Counted from the first letter of the stretch, positions 40,370 through 50,361 are shown. The stretch: 64,000 nucleotides of DNA from an uncultured virus (IMG/VR IMGVR_UViG_3300027782_000042) (IMGVR_UViG_3300027782_000042), one strand, 5' to 3'. Translations and numbers: made by a program. The notes: a model not told the origin generated them from the sequence alone.

Positions 40370-41535
40370 TTTTTTCCTTTTTTACAAACAAACATTATAC
40401 TAGAACATAGATCAGGATATTGTTGGCCTAATTTAAAACAACCATCCAAATATTCTTTAGAAATAATGTCAGTACTTAATAATCTGTCCCATTGAAAGTT
40501 GGCTAAAGCCTTAAAAAAAATTCCACTCCTATGTAAGATTTCTAAACCTGATTCTGTTATATCTCGTTCTAAAGTATCTAACGTATAGGTTATATTGTGT
40601 CCGTGTTTTTTTTCTGATTCGGTAATCGCATTATTGTTTGATATAAGACCCATTTTAACCGCAATTTGTCTGGACGGAGCATTTGCATTTGGACAAACAA
40701 CAAATAAGACACCGTCATCTGTTAACCAGTTATCGTTTATTTTTTTTAATAACCTTACAGGGTTATCTATATGTTCTAAAACATGAGTTAAAATAACGTT
40801 ATCAAACTTTTCTGACATATTTAAATCCTCAAAAGTCGATAAGATAATGTTTACATCATTATTAAATTTTTTATTTGCAATCTTAACCGCATCTTCAGAT
40901 CCCTCAATACAAGTTATTTTTTTAAAAAAAGGAATAATTTTTTCTGTAAAATCTCCTTTATAACTACCTAATTCTAAAACATTATCTCCTTTAAAAAAAG
41001 GGATAAAAGATTTAACCATGTAGTTGTGCATCACATCAAAATCAAAGTTGTAAGAGTATTTGTGATCTTTAGTGTCTAAAGATTCTTCATTATAATTTCT
41101 TGTTGTATCTAATTTCATAATTAACTTATTTTCAGTTTGATCATTTATTTTAAATTTATTTCTTTTATAAAATTTAATAGCATTTAGGTTATTTTTAAAT
41201 ACTTCTAAGGTTATTTCACAATAATTTTGAGATATTACATATTCTTTACAATTATATAATAGTTCTTTGGCAATACCATTTTTTTGATAATTGTACTCAA
41301 CGCTTACATTAGTAATAAAGGATGTTTTATTTTTTGGGTTGGTGTATAGAACTAACAACCCAATTAAGTTGGAGTTATGGTAACATTCAAATCTTACTCC
41401 CTTATTATGTAATTTTTTAGAATACATTTCTATGTCAACATAATCACCTAAACTTGGGGTAAATAGATTTGAGCATTTTTTTAAATGGTCTGTAATGTTC
41501 TCTAAACTAGAATTATTTACTTTATACTCAAACAT
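40366..41535 (-). CDS. GNAT acetyltransferase fused to class I SAM methyltransferase
   Basis: N-terminal ITNVSV...YQKNGIAKEL..LEV...NLNAIKFYKRNKF; C-terminal VLELGSYKG, THVLEHIDNP. Confidence 0.8.
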   Translation of the reverse strand: MFEYKVNNSSLENITDHLKKCSNLFTPSLGDYVDIEMYSKKLHNKGVRFECYHNSNLIGLLVLYTNPKNKTSFITNVSVEYNYQKNGIAKELLYNCKEYVISQNYCEITLEVFKNNLNAIKFYKRNKFKINDQTENKLIMKLDTTRNYNEESLDTKDHKYSYNFDFDVMHNYMVKSFIPFFKGDNVLELGSYKGDFTEKIIPFFKKITCIEGSEDAVKIANKKFNNDVNIILSTFEDLNMSEKFDNVILTHVLEHIDNPVRLLKKINDNWLTDDGVLFVVCPNANAPSRQIAVKMGLISNNNAITESEKKHGHNITYTLDTLERDITESGLEILHRSGIFFKALANFQWDRLLSTDIISKEYLDGCFKLGQQYPDLCSSIMFVCKKGKK

Positions 41536-42496
41536 TTTTTTCTAAGATTGCTAAACCAAAACCATATTTACCAAAATCATTGCCGTTATAAGTCATATAT
41601 GTTTCATTATTTATTTTAAAAACGTGAGGGTAGTGTTGCATTGTACTGTCCCACCCGCCTTCTGAATAGGATATTCCTGACTCACTGTCTTTACGATTCC
41701 AATTGAATAAATCTTTTGACGTTGCGTAACCTATTTTATATCCTCTCCCTAAAGTCTCTCTAAAATCTGTCCCCTCTCTGTACACAAAATACATATGATA
41801 TTCTCCGTTATATTCAAAAACATCGGGACCTGCTTGGCATTCATTTTCACCTAAAACATCGTTTATAATATTTTTATTATATCTTTCCCATTTTATTCCA
41901 TCTTTAGATGTTGCCATTCTATTTTTATAAATTATTTCTGGTCTACCGTTTACGTTTATCCATTTTGTTCCTGATAAATAAAACATAAACCATTCATTAT
42001 TAAATTTTCTAATTTTTGGTCCACTAATAACAAAAGGTTCGTCTAAATCTGCAGAAATGATTGGTCCTTTACCTAATCTTTTAAATGTTTCTCCATTATC
42101 ATAACTAATCGCAACCCCAATTGAGGTGTTAAATGGTACTGATTGTCCTCTTGTCCATCCCGCATAATAGAAAAGAATTTTGTCTCCATCAACAATATTA
42201 GAAGATGGATAAACCGCAAATTCATCAAATGTTCCTAATTCCCCTAGATCCATTATTGGTTTATCTGAAACTCTTATTATTTTAGTTAGATCTTCTTTAT
42301 CAACGTCTAAAAATGTGGTGTATGATTTTGCAAATCCATTTATATCGTTTTCAGGTCTACAAGAAAAATATATCCTTACAACCTCATCCAATACTAAAGT
42401 ATGAGTACATTGGGAGTGGGTCTTCATCCAAGACCGATCAATCCCATCATTCCATTTTGTTGGATCAAATATATGTCCTAGTTTTTTCCATTTCAT
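41528..42496 (-). CDS. Five-bladed beta-propeller glycosidase-like protein (GH32/43/130 clan-like)
   Basis: MKWKKLGHIF; repeated SxDG..W/F boxes (SYDNGETF, SKDGIKW, SKDLFNW); YNGNDFGKYGFGLA. Confidence 0.7.
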   Translation of the reverse strand: MKWKKLGHIFDPTKWNDGIDRSWMKTHSQCTHTLVLDEVVRIYFSCRPENDINGFAKSYTTFLDVDKEDLTKIIRVSDKPIMDLGELGTFDEFAVYPSSNIVDGDKILFYYAGWTRGQSVPFNTSIGVAISYDNGETFKRLGKGPIISADLDEPFVISGPKIRKFNNEWFMFYLSGTKWINVNGRPEIIYKNRMATSKDGIKWERYNKNIINDVLGENECQAGPDVFEYNGEYHMYFVYREGTDFRETLGRGYKIGYATSKDLFNWNRKDSESGISYSEGGWDSTMQHYPHVFKINNETYMTYNGNDFGKYGFGLAILEKNV

Positions 42497-43200
42497 ATTA
42501 AAGTATAATTATTTAAATATTCTTTTATTTGGTTTCTTGAATTAAACATCATTACATCAATTATTGACAACCAAGGAACAAATTCATTATTAAATTGTGT
42601 ATATTGGATTGGGTTTGATTTGATGAAATTGAGTTCAATATTATTTTGTTTAAAGGTTTCTTTGTTATATAATTCTACCCCACCTATAGAGTTTATATAA
42701 ATATCCGCATTTTGTTCTTTACATAAGGATAAGACTTTATCTTGAGATTTCAAAGTATGGTCTGTATCTATTGTAGAAGAGATTATAATAGGTGTTTTAA
42801 TTTCTAAATGATCATTCATTAAAACGATACTATCGTATATAAATTTAAATAAATTAACCTCAGAATTATTTAAACATTTTGAAATTAACTCAAATGTTTC
42901 TTGAAAATAAGGGGATTTACCATATGAAGACTTAATAATATTTAACATCTTACTTTTATCTTTCTCCCATGACTTAGATAATTCTCGTTTTACTACATCT
43001 AAATAATCTGAGTCTTTTTTAATGGGTAAGGTAATAAGATGGTCTTTTCCATTTGATAAGATGCGGTTTCGGTTTATCCATCCTTTTTTAGTGTATTGGA
43101 TATTATCATATATAACAAACATATCAACAGAATTTATTAATTGGAAATAACCAATGTATGGCATAAAATAAGGTTGCATTATTGCAATTTTTTTACTCAT
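42493..43200 (-). CDS. WbqC-like protein
   Basis: AIMQPYFMPYIGYFQLI..VD.FVIYDNIQYTKKGWINRNRI; PWLSIIDVMM. Confidence 0.9.
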   Translation of the reverse strand: MSKKIAIMQPYFMPYIGYFQLINSVDMFVIYDNIQYTKKGWINRNRILSNGKDHLITLPIKKDSDYLDVVKRELSKSWEKDKSKMLNIIKSSYGKSPYFQETFELISKCLNNSEVNLFKFIYDSIVLMNDHLEIKTPIIISSTIDTDHTLKSQDKVLSLCKEQNADIYINSIGGVELYNKETFKQNNIELNFIKSNPIQYTQFNNEFVPWLSIIDVMMFNSRNQIKEYLNNYTLI

Positions 43201-43892
43201 ATTTTATTAAATCTTTTTTTTAATTTTGTCATATATTCTATACCTTCTCTTATTGCATTATTTTTTTCCTCTGTTGACAAACCAGACCAAGCTCCACCAA
43301 CAGGATTATATGTGGTCATAAAACTATTAATATAATACATATCCCCAACAAGAAAAAGATAATTTTGCATAATACTGTCCGGAGTGTCATCTTGTGTTAT
43401 ATTTTCTATATTAGAACATCTAATAACTCTAGACGACGTATGACTTAAAGATGTGAACTCTTCATCTTTATATATTTTTGTCTCGTAATTATGTTTTATT
43501 AGTGGGTTTTCTTTCACTATTGTGTTATGGGAACTAAAAGAACAATTTTTGTTTTTTTCTAATAAATCTACTTGTAATTGTAATTTATTTTGGTCGCACC
43601 AATAGTCATCACCATCACAATAAGCAAGATAATCATTATCTAAATTTAATTTAATTGCGTTATAATAATTATATTTTGGTCCTAAATTTTTTTTATTTGT
43701 GTTTAGTATAATTTTGTTTGGGTATTTTTTAACATACTCATTACAAATATTAGTCGTATTGTCAGTAGAACAATCATCTGTAATAAATATTTTATGATCA
43801 TATTTAATATTTTGGTTAAGTATAGATTCAATACATCTGGTTATATATTTTTCGTGATTATATGTCACAATAATAGATGTTACTTTTAACAT
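43197..43892 (-). CDS. Glycosyltransferase family 2
   Basis: IIVTYNHEKYI, DDCSTD, YCDGDDYW...KLQ.QV. Confidence 0.88.
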   Translation of the reverse strand: MLKVTSIIVTYNHEKYITRCIESILNQNIKYDHKIFITDDCSTDNTTNICNEYVKKYPNKIILNTNKKNLGPKYNYYNAIKLNLDNDYLAYCDGDDYWCDQNKLQLQVDLLEKNKNCSFSSHNTIVKENPLIKHNYETKIYKDEEFTSLSHTSSRVIRCSNIENITQDDTPDSIMQNYLFLVGDMYYINSFMTTYNPVGGAWSGLSTEEKNNAIREGIEYMTKLKKRFNKI

Positions 43893-43904
43893 ATTAACAA
43901 ATAT

Positions 43905-44546
43905 TTATTTTTTATATATCTCAAATTTAGATAAATCAGGATATGGCATTTCTAAGTCCTCATTGTGTTTTGGGGTTTCTCCATGGTAAAATTGGTTCAT
44001 GAGAAGCAACCCACGAGCGGCTAGTTCAGGCATCATATAAAAATTCCAACCTAACATATCAAAATTATCATCATGGTATGAACATTCTCTTCTACCACTA
44101 TATCTTGCCCTTTTAAACCAAAGATACGCATCATGATTGTCGGTTAAAATTGCCCCACCTTTTGAAAGTTTAAAATGTTTGTAGGGACCTGTAAATGAAA
44201 TACACATATGAGTATTTGGTATATACATATTATGAGTAAAACTTAATGCGGAATCCCAAACATTACTACCAACTAAATTATAGGACCCTTTTATTGTCTT
44301 ACCCTCAACAGGTAAAAAATTTACTTTTAAACCTGCATGTATAATTTCACATGGTACGGATGGGTATGTCCTTGAAGGTATTGATATTGTTTCTTCTGTT
44401 ATACTTTTTTTTACATTTTTTTCATAAAAAAGAGATAAGAATAACGCATTACTTTGGTTATCAACAGTGACCACATACGGGGCTCCCGTATAGTCAGATA
44501 AAGATTTTTCAAAATCTTCGGTTATTTTATAAACACCATTTGCCAT
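43905..44546 (-). CDS. Short DegT/DnrJ/EryC1/StrS-type sugar aminotransferase
   Basis: FEKSLSDYTGAPYVVTVD, WDSA, SFTGPYKH..KGGAILTD, GWNFYM; only 213 aa. Confidence 0.75.
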   Translation of the reverse strand: MANGVYKITEDFEKSLSDYTGAPYVVTVDNQSNALFLSLFYEKNVKKSITEETISIPSRTYPSVPCEIIHAGLKVNFLPVEGKTIKGSYNLVGSNVWDSALSFTHNMYIPNTHMCISFTGPYKHFKLSKGGAILTDNHDAYLWFKRARYSGRRECSYHDDNFDMLGWNFYMMPELAARGLLLMNQFYHGETPKHNEDLEMPYPDLSKFEIYKK

Positions 44547-44548
44547 TT

Positions 44549-46063
44549 TTAAACTATTATAATTTTGTCTTTTATTTTTTCAATTACATTTTCATTAATC
44601 ATAGGAATAAAATTATGATTGTAATCATAAATAAAGTCTTCATCTTTTTTTGGGTCTTCGTTTCTTGTTTTAGATTCATAGTGGTAAGCAACACAATCCC
44701 CACAAATATAATTTTTATGGTTACCACATAATAATTTAATATTTAATTCCACATCTTCTAAACAAGAAATGTAATTTTCATTAAACATACCTTGTTTAAT
44801 AAATGTGGTTTTTCTTACCAATAACAAACCTCCAGTACTTCCAATCACCTCTTTTAAATTATTATGATAGTTATAATAGTTTTTAAAATTAAGATGACCT
44901 AAACCAAATGAATTATTCTTTCTATTTAATGTGATAAAAATTCCGTCATGTTGTATGGTATTATCCTCAAAATGTAATCTACAACCAACGCTACCCGTAT
45001 TTTTGTGTTCATTAAAAACGTTTAACATTCCGGATATTACATCATTTAAAATTTTAATATCGTTATTACAGAATAGTAAAAATTCATAATCATCACTAAT
45101 TTGGTTTTTAACTACATTATTATTTATTTTTGCAAAATTGTAGTAATCATATATAATTAATTTTACATTACCAATAGGTAGTATTTTATTTTTTATAATC
45201 TCTAGTTCATCATTATTTGATCCTGTGTCCGCAATAAATACATCAAAAATATTTGGGTCGCAATTATCATAAAATGATTTTACACATTCGTATAACATAT
45301 TAACATTTCCTTTTGTTGGTATTATAATTGCAATTTTTTTAAACTTTTTAAATTGTTTACGTTTTATTTGTGGAGCATAGACTGACTCAGGTTTTAAATC
45401 TAAAGGTAATTTATCCCCCCACTTCTCAATAAATTTATTTTTACTCTCCCAAAATTCTTGGTTTGGTTGACCTACAGATTGGTGAGTAATTTCAAATGAG
45501 GTAGTAACACCAATTTTAACATCATCAAGGTAATTTGGAATACAAAATCCGTGATCATAAAAATGGAACTTACCAATTGTTTCATCAAAGGTATGTTTAA
45601 TTTTTGTTTTATCAAAAGAAATAAATAAACCATCAATTGTTACAACAGGAATTAAAAAAGGTAATTTAGGTGAATATCTACTTAACCATTTTTTTTGTCC
45701 GTCAGGGTGGTGATAAACTTGACCCACCATAGTCTGACTTAATTTTTCCCAATATACTCCCGACTCAGGAAAGTAACAAGATCCTGCCTTTCCTATAATT
45801 CCAAATTCAGGATTAGATACGAAATCATTAATTAATTTTTTACCCCAACCCTTTTCTAATTTAATGTCATTGTGACAACAAACTATAATATTGTGTTTAG
45901 ATTCTTTAATACCTTTATTATAAAGTTCGGATAATGAATATTGGTTGTGGTTTATGTACTCCAATATTTGGATGTTATCAATACCTGATGTTTGTAATAA
46001 ATGTTGTTTAAATTTAGAATTATATTCTAAGTCTTTATGTGTTGAGTATAATATTGTTATCAT
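44549..46063 (-). CDS. Two-domain glycosyltransferase (GT2-like x2)
   Basis: VCCHNDI in N-domain; AIIIPT, FCNNDI, EDVEL, HYESKTR in C-domain. Confidence 0.8.
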   Translation of the reverse strand: MITILYSTHKDLEYNSKFKQHLLQTSGIDNIQILEYINHNQYSLSELYNKGIKESKHNIIVCCHNDIKLEKGWGKKLINDFVSNPEFGIIGKAGSCYFPESGVYWEKLSQTMVGQVYHHPDGQKKWLSRYSPKLPFLIPVVTIDGLFISFDKTKIKHTFDETIGKFHFYDHGFCIPNYLDDVKIGVTTSFEITHQSVGQPNQEFWESKNKFIEKWGDKLPLDLKPESVYAPQIKRKQFKKFKKIAIIIPTKGNVNMLYECVKSFYDNCDPNIFDVFIADTGSNNDELEIIKNKILPIGNVKLIIYDYYNFAKINNNVVKNQISDDYEFLLFCNNDIKILNDVISGMLNVFNEHKNTGSVGCRLHFEDNTIQHDGIFITLNRKNNSFGLGHLNFKNYYNYHNNLKEVIGSTGGLLLVRKTTFIKQGMFNENYISCLEDVELNIKLLCGNHKNYICGDCVAYHYESKTRNEDPKKDEDFIYDYNHNFIPMINENVIEKIKDKIIIV

Positions 46064-46081
46064 AGTTTTCTAAATTCATTT

Positions 46082-46684
46082 TTATATACCAGTACTCCCA
46101 AACCCGTTGTCGGATCTATCTTTATTTTCAACCTCAGAAACTTTAACAATGTCAATCCATTTACCACAAACAACAGGACATAAAACCGCTTGAGCTATTT
46201 TCATTCCTTTTGTTACTATAAAGTCTTCTTTATTTGTGTTAAATAATATTACTTTTATTTCTCCTGTATATCCTTGATCAACAGTTCCTGGCGAATTTAA
46301 AACAAATAACCCTTGGTTTAATGCCAATCCACTTTTAGATCTAATTTGTATTTCATGATTTTCGGGAACATCAATTACAATTCCTGTTGGGATTAGTTGT
46401 CTACCCATAGATGGTATTACAAATTCATCTACAGAATATAAATCCACACCAGAATCTGTGTCATATGCAAATTTAGGTAAAACTGCGTCCCCGTGAATTA
46501 ATTTAATTTTCATTTGAACTTTAGGGACATCTTCGGTAAAAACCCTTTCCAGCTCATTAAGATCAATACCATACTCATTCATTAGAGCTTCTAACTCTAA
46601 GTCATCATTTACTTCGTTCTCACTAAATAAACTTTCAAGATCTTTAGTTTGTGATAATATTTTATTTAATTGATTTTTATCCAT
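46082..46684 (-). CDS. dut: Trimeric dUTPase with acidic N-terminal extension
   Basis: SGVDL, RSKSGLA, NSPGTVDQGYTGEIKV, IAQ, RSDNGFGSTG. Confidence 0.93.
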   Translation of the reverse strand: MDKNQLNKILSQTKDLESLFSENEVNDDLELEALMNEYGIDLNELERVFTEDVPKVQMKIKLIHGDAVLPKFAYDTDSGVDLYSVDEFVIPSMGRQLIPTGIVIDVPENHEIQIRSKSGLALNQGLFVLNSPGTVDQGYTGEIKVILFNTNKEDFIVTKGMKIAQAVLCPVVCGKWIDIVKVSEVENKDRSDNGFGSTGI

Positions 46685-47385
46685 TATTTTAAATCTTTTA
46701 ATTGTTTTATGAATTCAACTAATACATCAACATCTTTTTCACAATACTCAGCAATTTGGGGTAATTTTTGTTCTACCCAATAAGCGTGATGTACTTTATC
46801 TCCTGTTATTTCTCCGTCTTTAGGTGTTGGTATTCCCATTGTGGAACAAACCAAATCTAAGGAACCTATTGACGTGTAAGACCCATATTGCCAAATTTCT
46901 TTTGTGTCAATTGCTTTAACCTCCCAAGGCTTCGTATCGTAAGATGGTAATAACTTAGACGGTAAAATTCCGTTTATTATCATTCTTTTTGCCAACATAG
47001 GAATATCAAAATTCTTTAAGTTATGACCACATAGATAGAAATCTAATTTATGACATCTATCGAGAAGACTTCTCACTTGTGTTAATAAAACTTTTTCATC
47101 ATCACCTGAGAATGTTTGTTTTTTTACTTCTCCGTTATCCATAACAAACGCCATAGAAACACAAACAATTTTTGCAAACTCAGGAACTAATGCTGATCGT
47201 TTTTTAAAAACTTCTTCTATTGATAATCCATTATCTTCTGGAAATCTTTTTTGAAACCAATCAAAATATTTCTCAAACTGTTCTGCAATTTCAGGACTAA
47301 ATCTTTCGCAAGATTCTAAATCAGGACAACCTCCAACAGTTTCAATGTCAAGGAATAAAATTTTTGTTATAGGTACGTTAATCAT
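46684..47385 (-). CDS. DEDD 3'-5' exonuclease (PolB-exonuclease-like, standalone)
   Basis: FLDIETV, GHNLKNFDIP, YCEKDV. Confidence 0.85.
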   Translation of the reverse strand: MINVPITKILFLDIETVGGCPDLESCERFSPEIAEQFEKYFDWFQKRFPEDNGLSIEEVFKKRSALVPEFAKIVCVSMAFVMDNGEVKKQTFSGDDEKVLLTQVRSLLDRCHKLDFYLCGHNLKNFDIPMLAKRMIINGILPSKLLPSYDTKPWEVKAIDTKEIWQYGSYTSIGSLDLVCSTMGIPTPKDGEITGDKVHHAYWVEQKLPQIAEYCEKDVDVLVEFIKQLKDLK

Positions 47386-47387
47386 CT

Positions 47388-48029
47388 TTATACTATTTTT
47401 CTTATAATAAATTCATTACTACTTTTTAAATCTGGATTATTGGTTTTTTTTATTAAATCATAATTTAAACTACCAATAATTTCGTATTCATTTTTATCTA
47501 AATTATTTACAATATCATTTACCGCAGGATAAACGCCAGGACTATGAACATCATCTAAGTAGTCGTCAAAAACTATGAAACCTCCAGGTAAAACCAAATC
47601 TTTATAGTTTTCAAAGTCTTTTATGACCGCATTATATTTATGGTCACCATCAATAAATAAAATATCAACATTTTTAATTAAATCGTAAACTTTTTTAATT
47701 GTTTCTTCTGATTTAGAATCCCCCTCAATATAATCATATTCGCAATTGTCATGTTTAAAGTTGTTAACATTTTTTATTGGAATTTCTTTTTTTATTGGGT
47801 ATCCTATGTCGACGCTGATTATTTTTTTAACTTTTTGGTTTTTAGACATTAAAGATGCGGATCCTCCCGCAAAAGTTCCTATTTCCATGTATGTGATATT
47901 ATCTTTATCAATATTCTCACATAAATCATAAAGAATATGAAAATGATTGTGAAAAGTATGTCTTTCCATATTTTTTATAATTTCATTAACTATGTTTAAC
48001 GAAATTTCAGTTATATTAATATTTGTCAT
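47388..48029 (-). CDS. SAM-dependent methyltransferase (Methyltransf_24-like)
   Basis: MEIGTFAGGS, ILFIDGDHKY, PGGFIVFDDY. Confidence 0.85.
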   Translation of the reverse strand: MTNINITEISLNIVNEIIKNMERHTFHNHFHILYDLCENIDKDNITYMEIGTFAGGSASLMSKNQKVKKIISVDIGYPIKKEIPIKNVNNFKHDNCEYDYIEGDSKSEETIKKVYDLIKNVDILFIDGDHKYNAVIKDFENYKDLVLPGGFIVFDDYLDDVHSPGVYPAVNDIVNNLDKNEYEIIGSLNYDLIKKTNNPDLKSSNEFIIRKIV

Positions 48030-48031
48030 TA

Positions 48032-49249
48032 TTATTTAATTAAAGATTTATAAAATTGATATCTTTCGCGAGTAACGTTATTAAGGTCATATTTGTCTTT
48101 TACGGTTTCATAAAGTCTTTCTCCAAGATCAACAATCATACTTGGATTGTCGACCAACTTTTTAATATTTTTTGCCCAATCACTATGGTTATTATTTTCG
48201 TTAACCAATAAAGCGTTACCATCGGTAAATTTACCTTGATGTAAAGCGTGTTTTAAATCAATCGTGTATGGACCAACATTTGATGCAATTAAAGCTTTCT
48301 TATAAAATCCTGCCTCAATAACTTTCAATTGAGACTTCATTCTATTAAAGATATGATTTTGAATTGGTGATAACGATATGTCAAATTTAGAATAATTTTT
48401 AGCATATGACGTTACAGGTTTTGTCCATACTCTTACATAGTTCTCGTTATTTAAAGACCCAAAATAGGTTTCATCCGTAAATTTATTTAAAAACTCTTTG
48501 TATTTTGGTGAAACTATTTTGTAGTTATTAGTAAAAATTTCTTCGTACTTAACCCATACAGTTTCTTCAGGGTTGATTGGTCTTTGTTTCTTTTCTCCTG
48601 TTTGTTTATTTATTTCGGTAACCATACCTCTTGTGTCAAAACCACAAACATAAAATTGTAATTTATCTTGTATTTGGGATAATTTGCTAACCGTCCCATC
48701 TAATAATTTTAAATCATGTAAGTGAGAGGATCCCCCTAACCAACCTACTCTTATTTTATCTGAAGGTAATGTTTCCTCATTGTATTGAGGATCCTGTGGG
48801 TCTATTGCGTTTGGTAACACAATAACATTTTTATTAAATTTTCTAATCTCATTAGCAAAAATTTCAGTGGTTGTTGTTACGTATGAGGCGGCTTTAAGAT
48901 TTTGAACTATTTTTTCATGTATCTTATTTGCCAAGATAAGTTGTTGTATTGGATGTTCCTTTGTTGGTAACCAATAATCATCAATATCCCCAACAACAAT
49001 AATTCCTTCTGATTTTAATTTATTTATTAAAGATAAAGATTTCTCATAATCTTGCCCAATACTTCTATGAAAATGAACAATTTGGTATTTTTTAAAATAG
49101 TTGATGTCATCAACGTTTGGTTGATAATCAATATCAATATGAAATTCTTCAGGGTACATGTTTTGTAATTTAACATGTGGATCTATAGATCTATATTTAC
49201 CAACACCTGATTGATCTGAAGGTAATACTAATACGTTAATTTTTTCCAT
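48032..49249 (-). CDS. GT-B glycosyltransferase
   Basis: SGVGKYR, DIDDYW, VGWLGGSSH..DL, FNRMKSQLKVIEAG; TATTTTTG host-type element immediately upstream. Confidence 0.8.
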   Translation of the reverse strand: MEKINVLVLPSDQSGVGKYRSIDPHVKLQNMYPEEFHIDIDYQPNVDDINYFKKYQIVHFHRSIGQDYEKSLSLINKLKSEGIIVVGDIDDYWLPTKEHPIQQLILANKIHEKIVQNLKAASYVTTTTEIFANEIRKFNKNVIVLPNAIDPQDPQYNEETLPSDKIRVGWLGGSSHLHDLKLLDGTVSKLSQIQDKLQFYVCGFDTRGMVTEINKQTGEKKQRPINPEETVWVKYEEIFTNNYKIVSPKYKEFLNKFTDETYFGSLNNENYVRVWTKPVTSYAKNYSKFDISLSPIQNHIFNRMKSQLKVIEAGFYKKALIASNVGPYTIDLKHALHQGKFTDGNALLVNENNNHSDWAKNIKKLVDNPSMIVDLGERLYETVKDKYDLNNVTRERYQFYKSLIK

Positions 49250-49297
49250 AACAAAAATATATCTAAATATTATGGAAATATCAACCTAAAAGACAAT

Positions 49298-49328
49298 AAA
49301 AAATCCCCACCTTAAAAGACGAGGATTT
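49298..49328 (-). terminator. Degenerate copy of ATCCCCAcc hairpin terminator
   Basis: AAAAAATCCCCACCTTAAAAGACGAGGATTT. Confidence 0.5.
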
Positions 49329-49352
49329 AAAAATTTTTATTATAGTTTAAAC

Positions 49353-49958
49353 TTATCTTGCAATCTTTTTAACTTTTAAAAGTTTACCTTCAAAGATATG
49401 TTGACCAACTCTAAATTTAAAAATATCATTAGTACTTGATTCTGACTCGGTTAATAATCCATTACTTCTTAAAACATCCTCAACTGTCTCTTTCACTATG
49501 TTTTTAATGTCATTTGCGGTAAGACCTATCTGAGGTACTTTATTTTGAATTGTTGGACTTTGTTTTTTTGATTCCCCTATGTTATCTCCTTTGGCATTAA
49601 TATTCATAAGTCTTGATGCCTTTTCAACTAAGTCATCAGATAATACGGAATTGTTTAAAGGTCCTGATGGTTGTTGTATTGGGTGTTCAATCATCAATCT
49701 TTTAATTTCATCAGGTAATCTAGAATTTAAAATTTTATCTTCCGTATTATCAAATTGGTTTTGTTTTTTTTGTTTTACTGCGTCTTCAGATAAATATTCT
49801 TGAGGTATGTTGTAAGTTCCTTTTACAGGTTCGTACGTATCAACATTTATATTATTATCTAAAGATTCTGTTACTGTGTTTCTACCCATATTATTATGTT
49901 TTTGCATAATTTGTTTTGATATCTGTAGTTTTTGTAATAACGCTTCTTCTGAATTCAT
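49353..49958 (-). CDS. Hypothetical protein
   Basis: ORF track 49353..50003; MNSEE start at 49958 avoids overlap with the WYL gene. Confidence 0.55.
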   Translation of the reverse strand: MNSEEALLQKLQISKQIMQKHNNMGRNTVTESLDNNINVDTYEPVKGTYNIPQEYLSEDAVKQKKQNQFDNTEDKILNSRLPDEIKRLMIEHPIQQPSGPLNNSVLSDDLVEKASRLMNINAKGDNIGESKKQSPTIQNKVPQIGLTANDIKNIVKETVEDVLRSNGLLTESESSTNDIFKFRVGQHIFEGKLLKVKKIAR

Positions 49959-49977
49959 ATTATTTAAATTTTTTTTA

Positions 49978-50361
49978 TTAATCAAAAATTGCATTAATAA
50001 CAACTCTTGACATACTTTTATCTCCGTTAGGGTTATAGTTTGGTCTAGGTTCGTTAAATTTCTCCATAGTTGGTTTTAATGCTATTATTTTATCTACTCT
50101 AAATAATCTCCAGCTTGGTAATGGTTTTTTACCTTTATACCCCCTATGTGAAGCTCCTTCCATATCCCATGCTCTTAAGACAGGGTTTCCGGATTTACTA
50201 TACCCAAAACAAACAGGTTCAATAATTCTTAAACCTTTTCCTCCCGGTTCATCACCATCATAATAAACAATCACCCTACGCTTTTTTTTGATTGCGTCGA
50301 CTATTGAGGATATTGATGCTACCTCAACAATAATGTCTTTAAATGAATTGTAAAGTTTCAT
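49978..50361 (-). CDS. Standalone WYL-domain protein
   Basis: AIKKKRRVIVYY...RIIEPVCFG....VLRAWD...WRLFRVDKI. Confidence 0.8.
   Translation of the reverse strand: MKLYNSFKDIIVEVASISSIVDAIKKKRRVIVYYDGDEPGGKGLRIIEPVCFGYSKSGNPVLRAWDMEGASHRGYKGKKPLPSWRLFRVDKIIALKPTMEKFNEPRPNYNPNGDKSMSRVVINAIFD

Noticed and set aside
36113..49249. Bacterial chromosomal LPS locus (host contamination or prophage boundary)
   Set aside because: GT genes are interleaved with phage-type dUTPase, PhoH, exonuclease and sigma genes, lack flippase/polymerase genes, and are flanked both sides by virion genes of the same composition.
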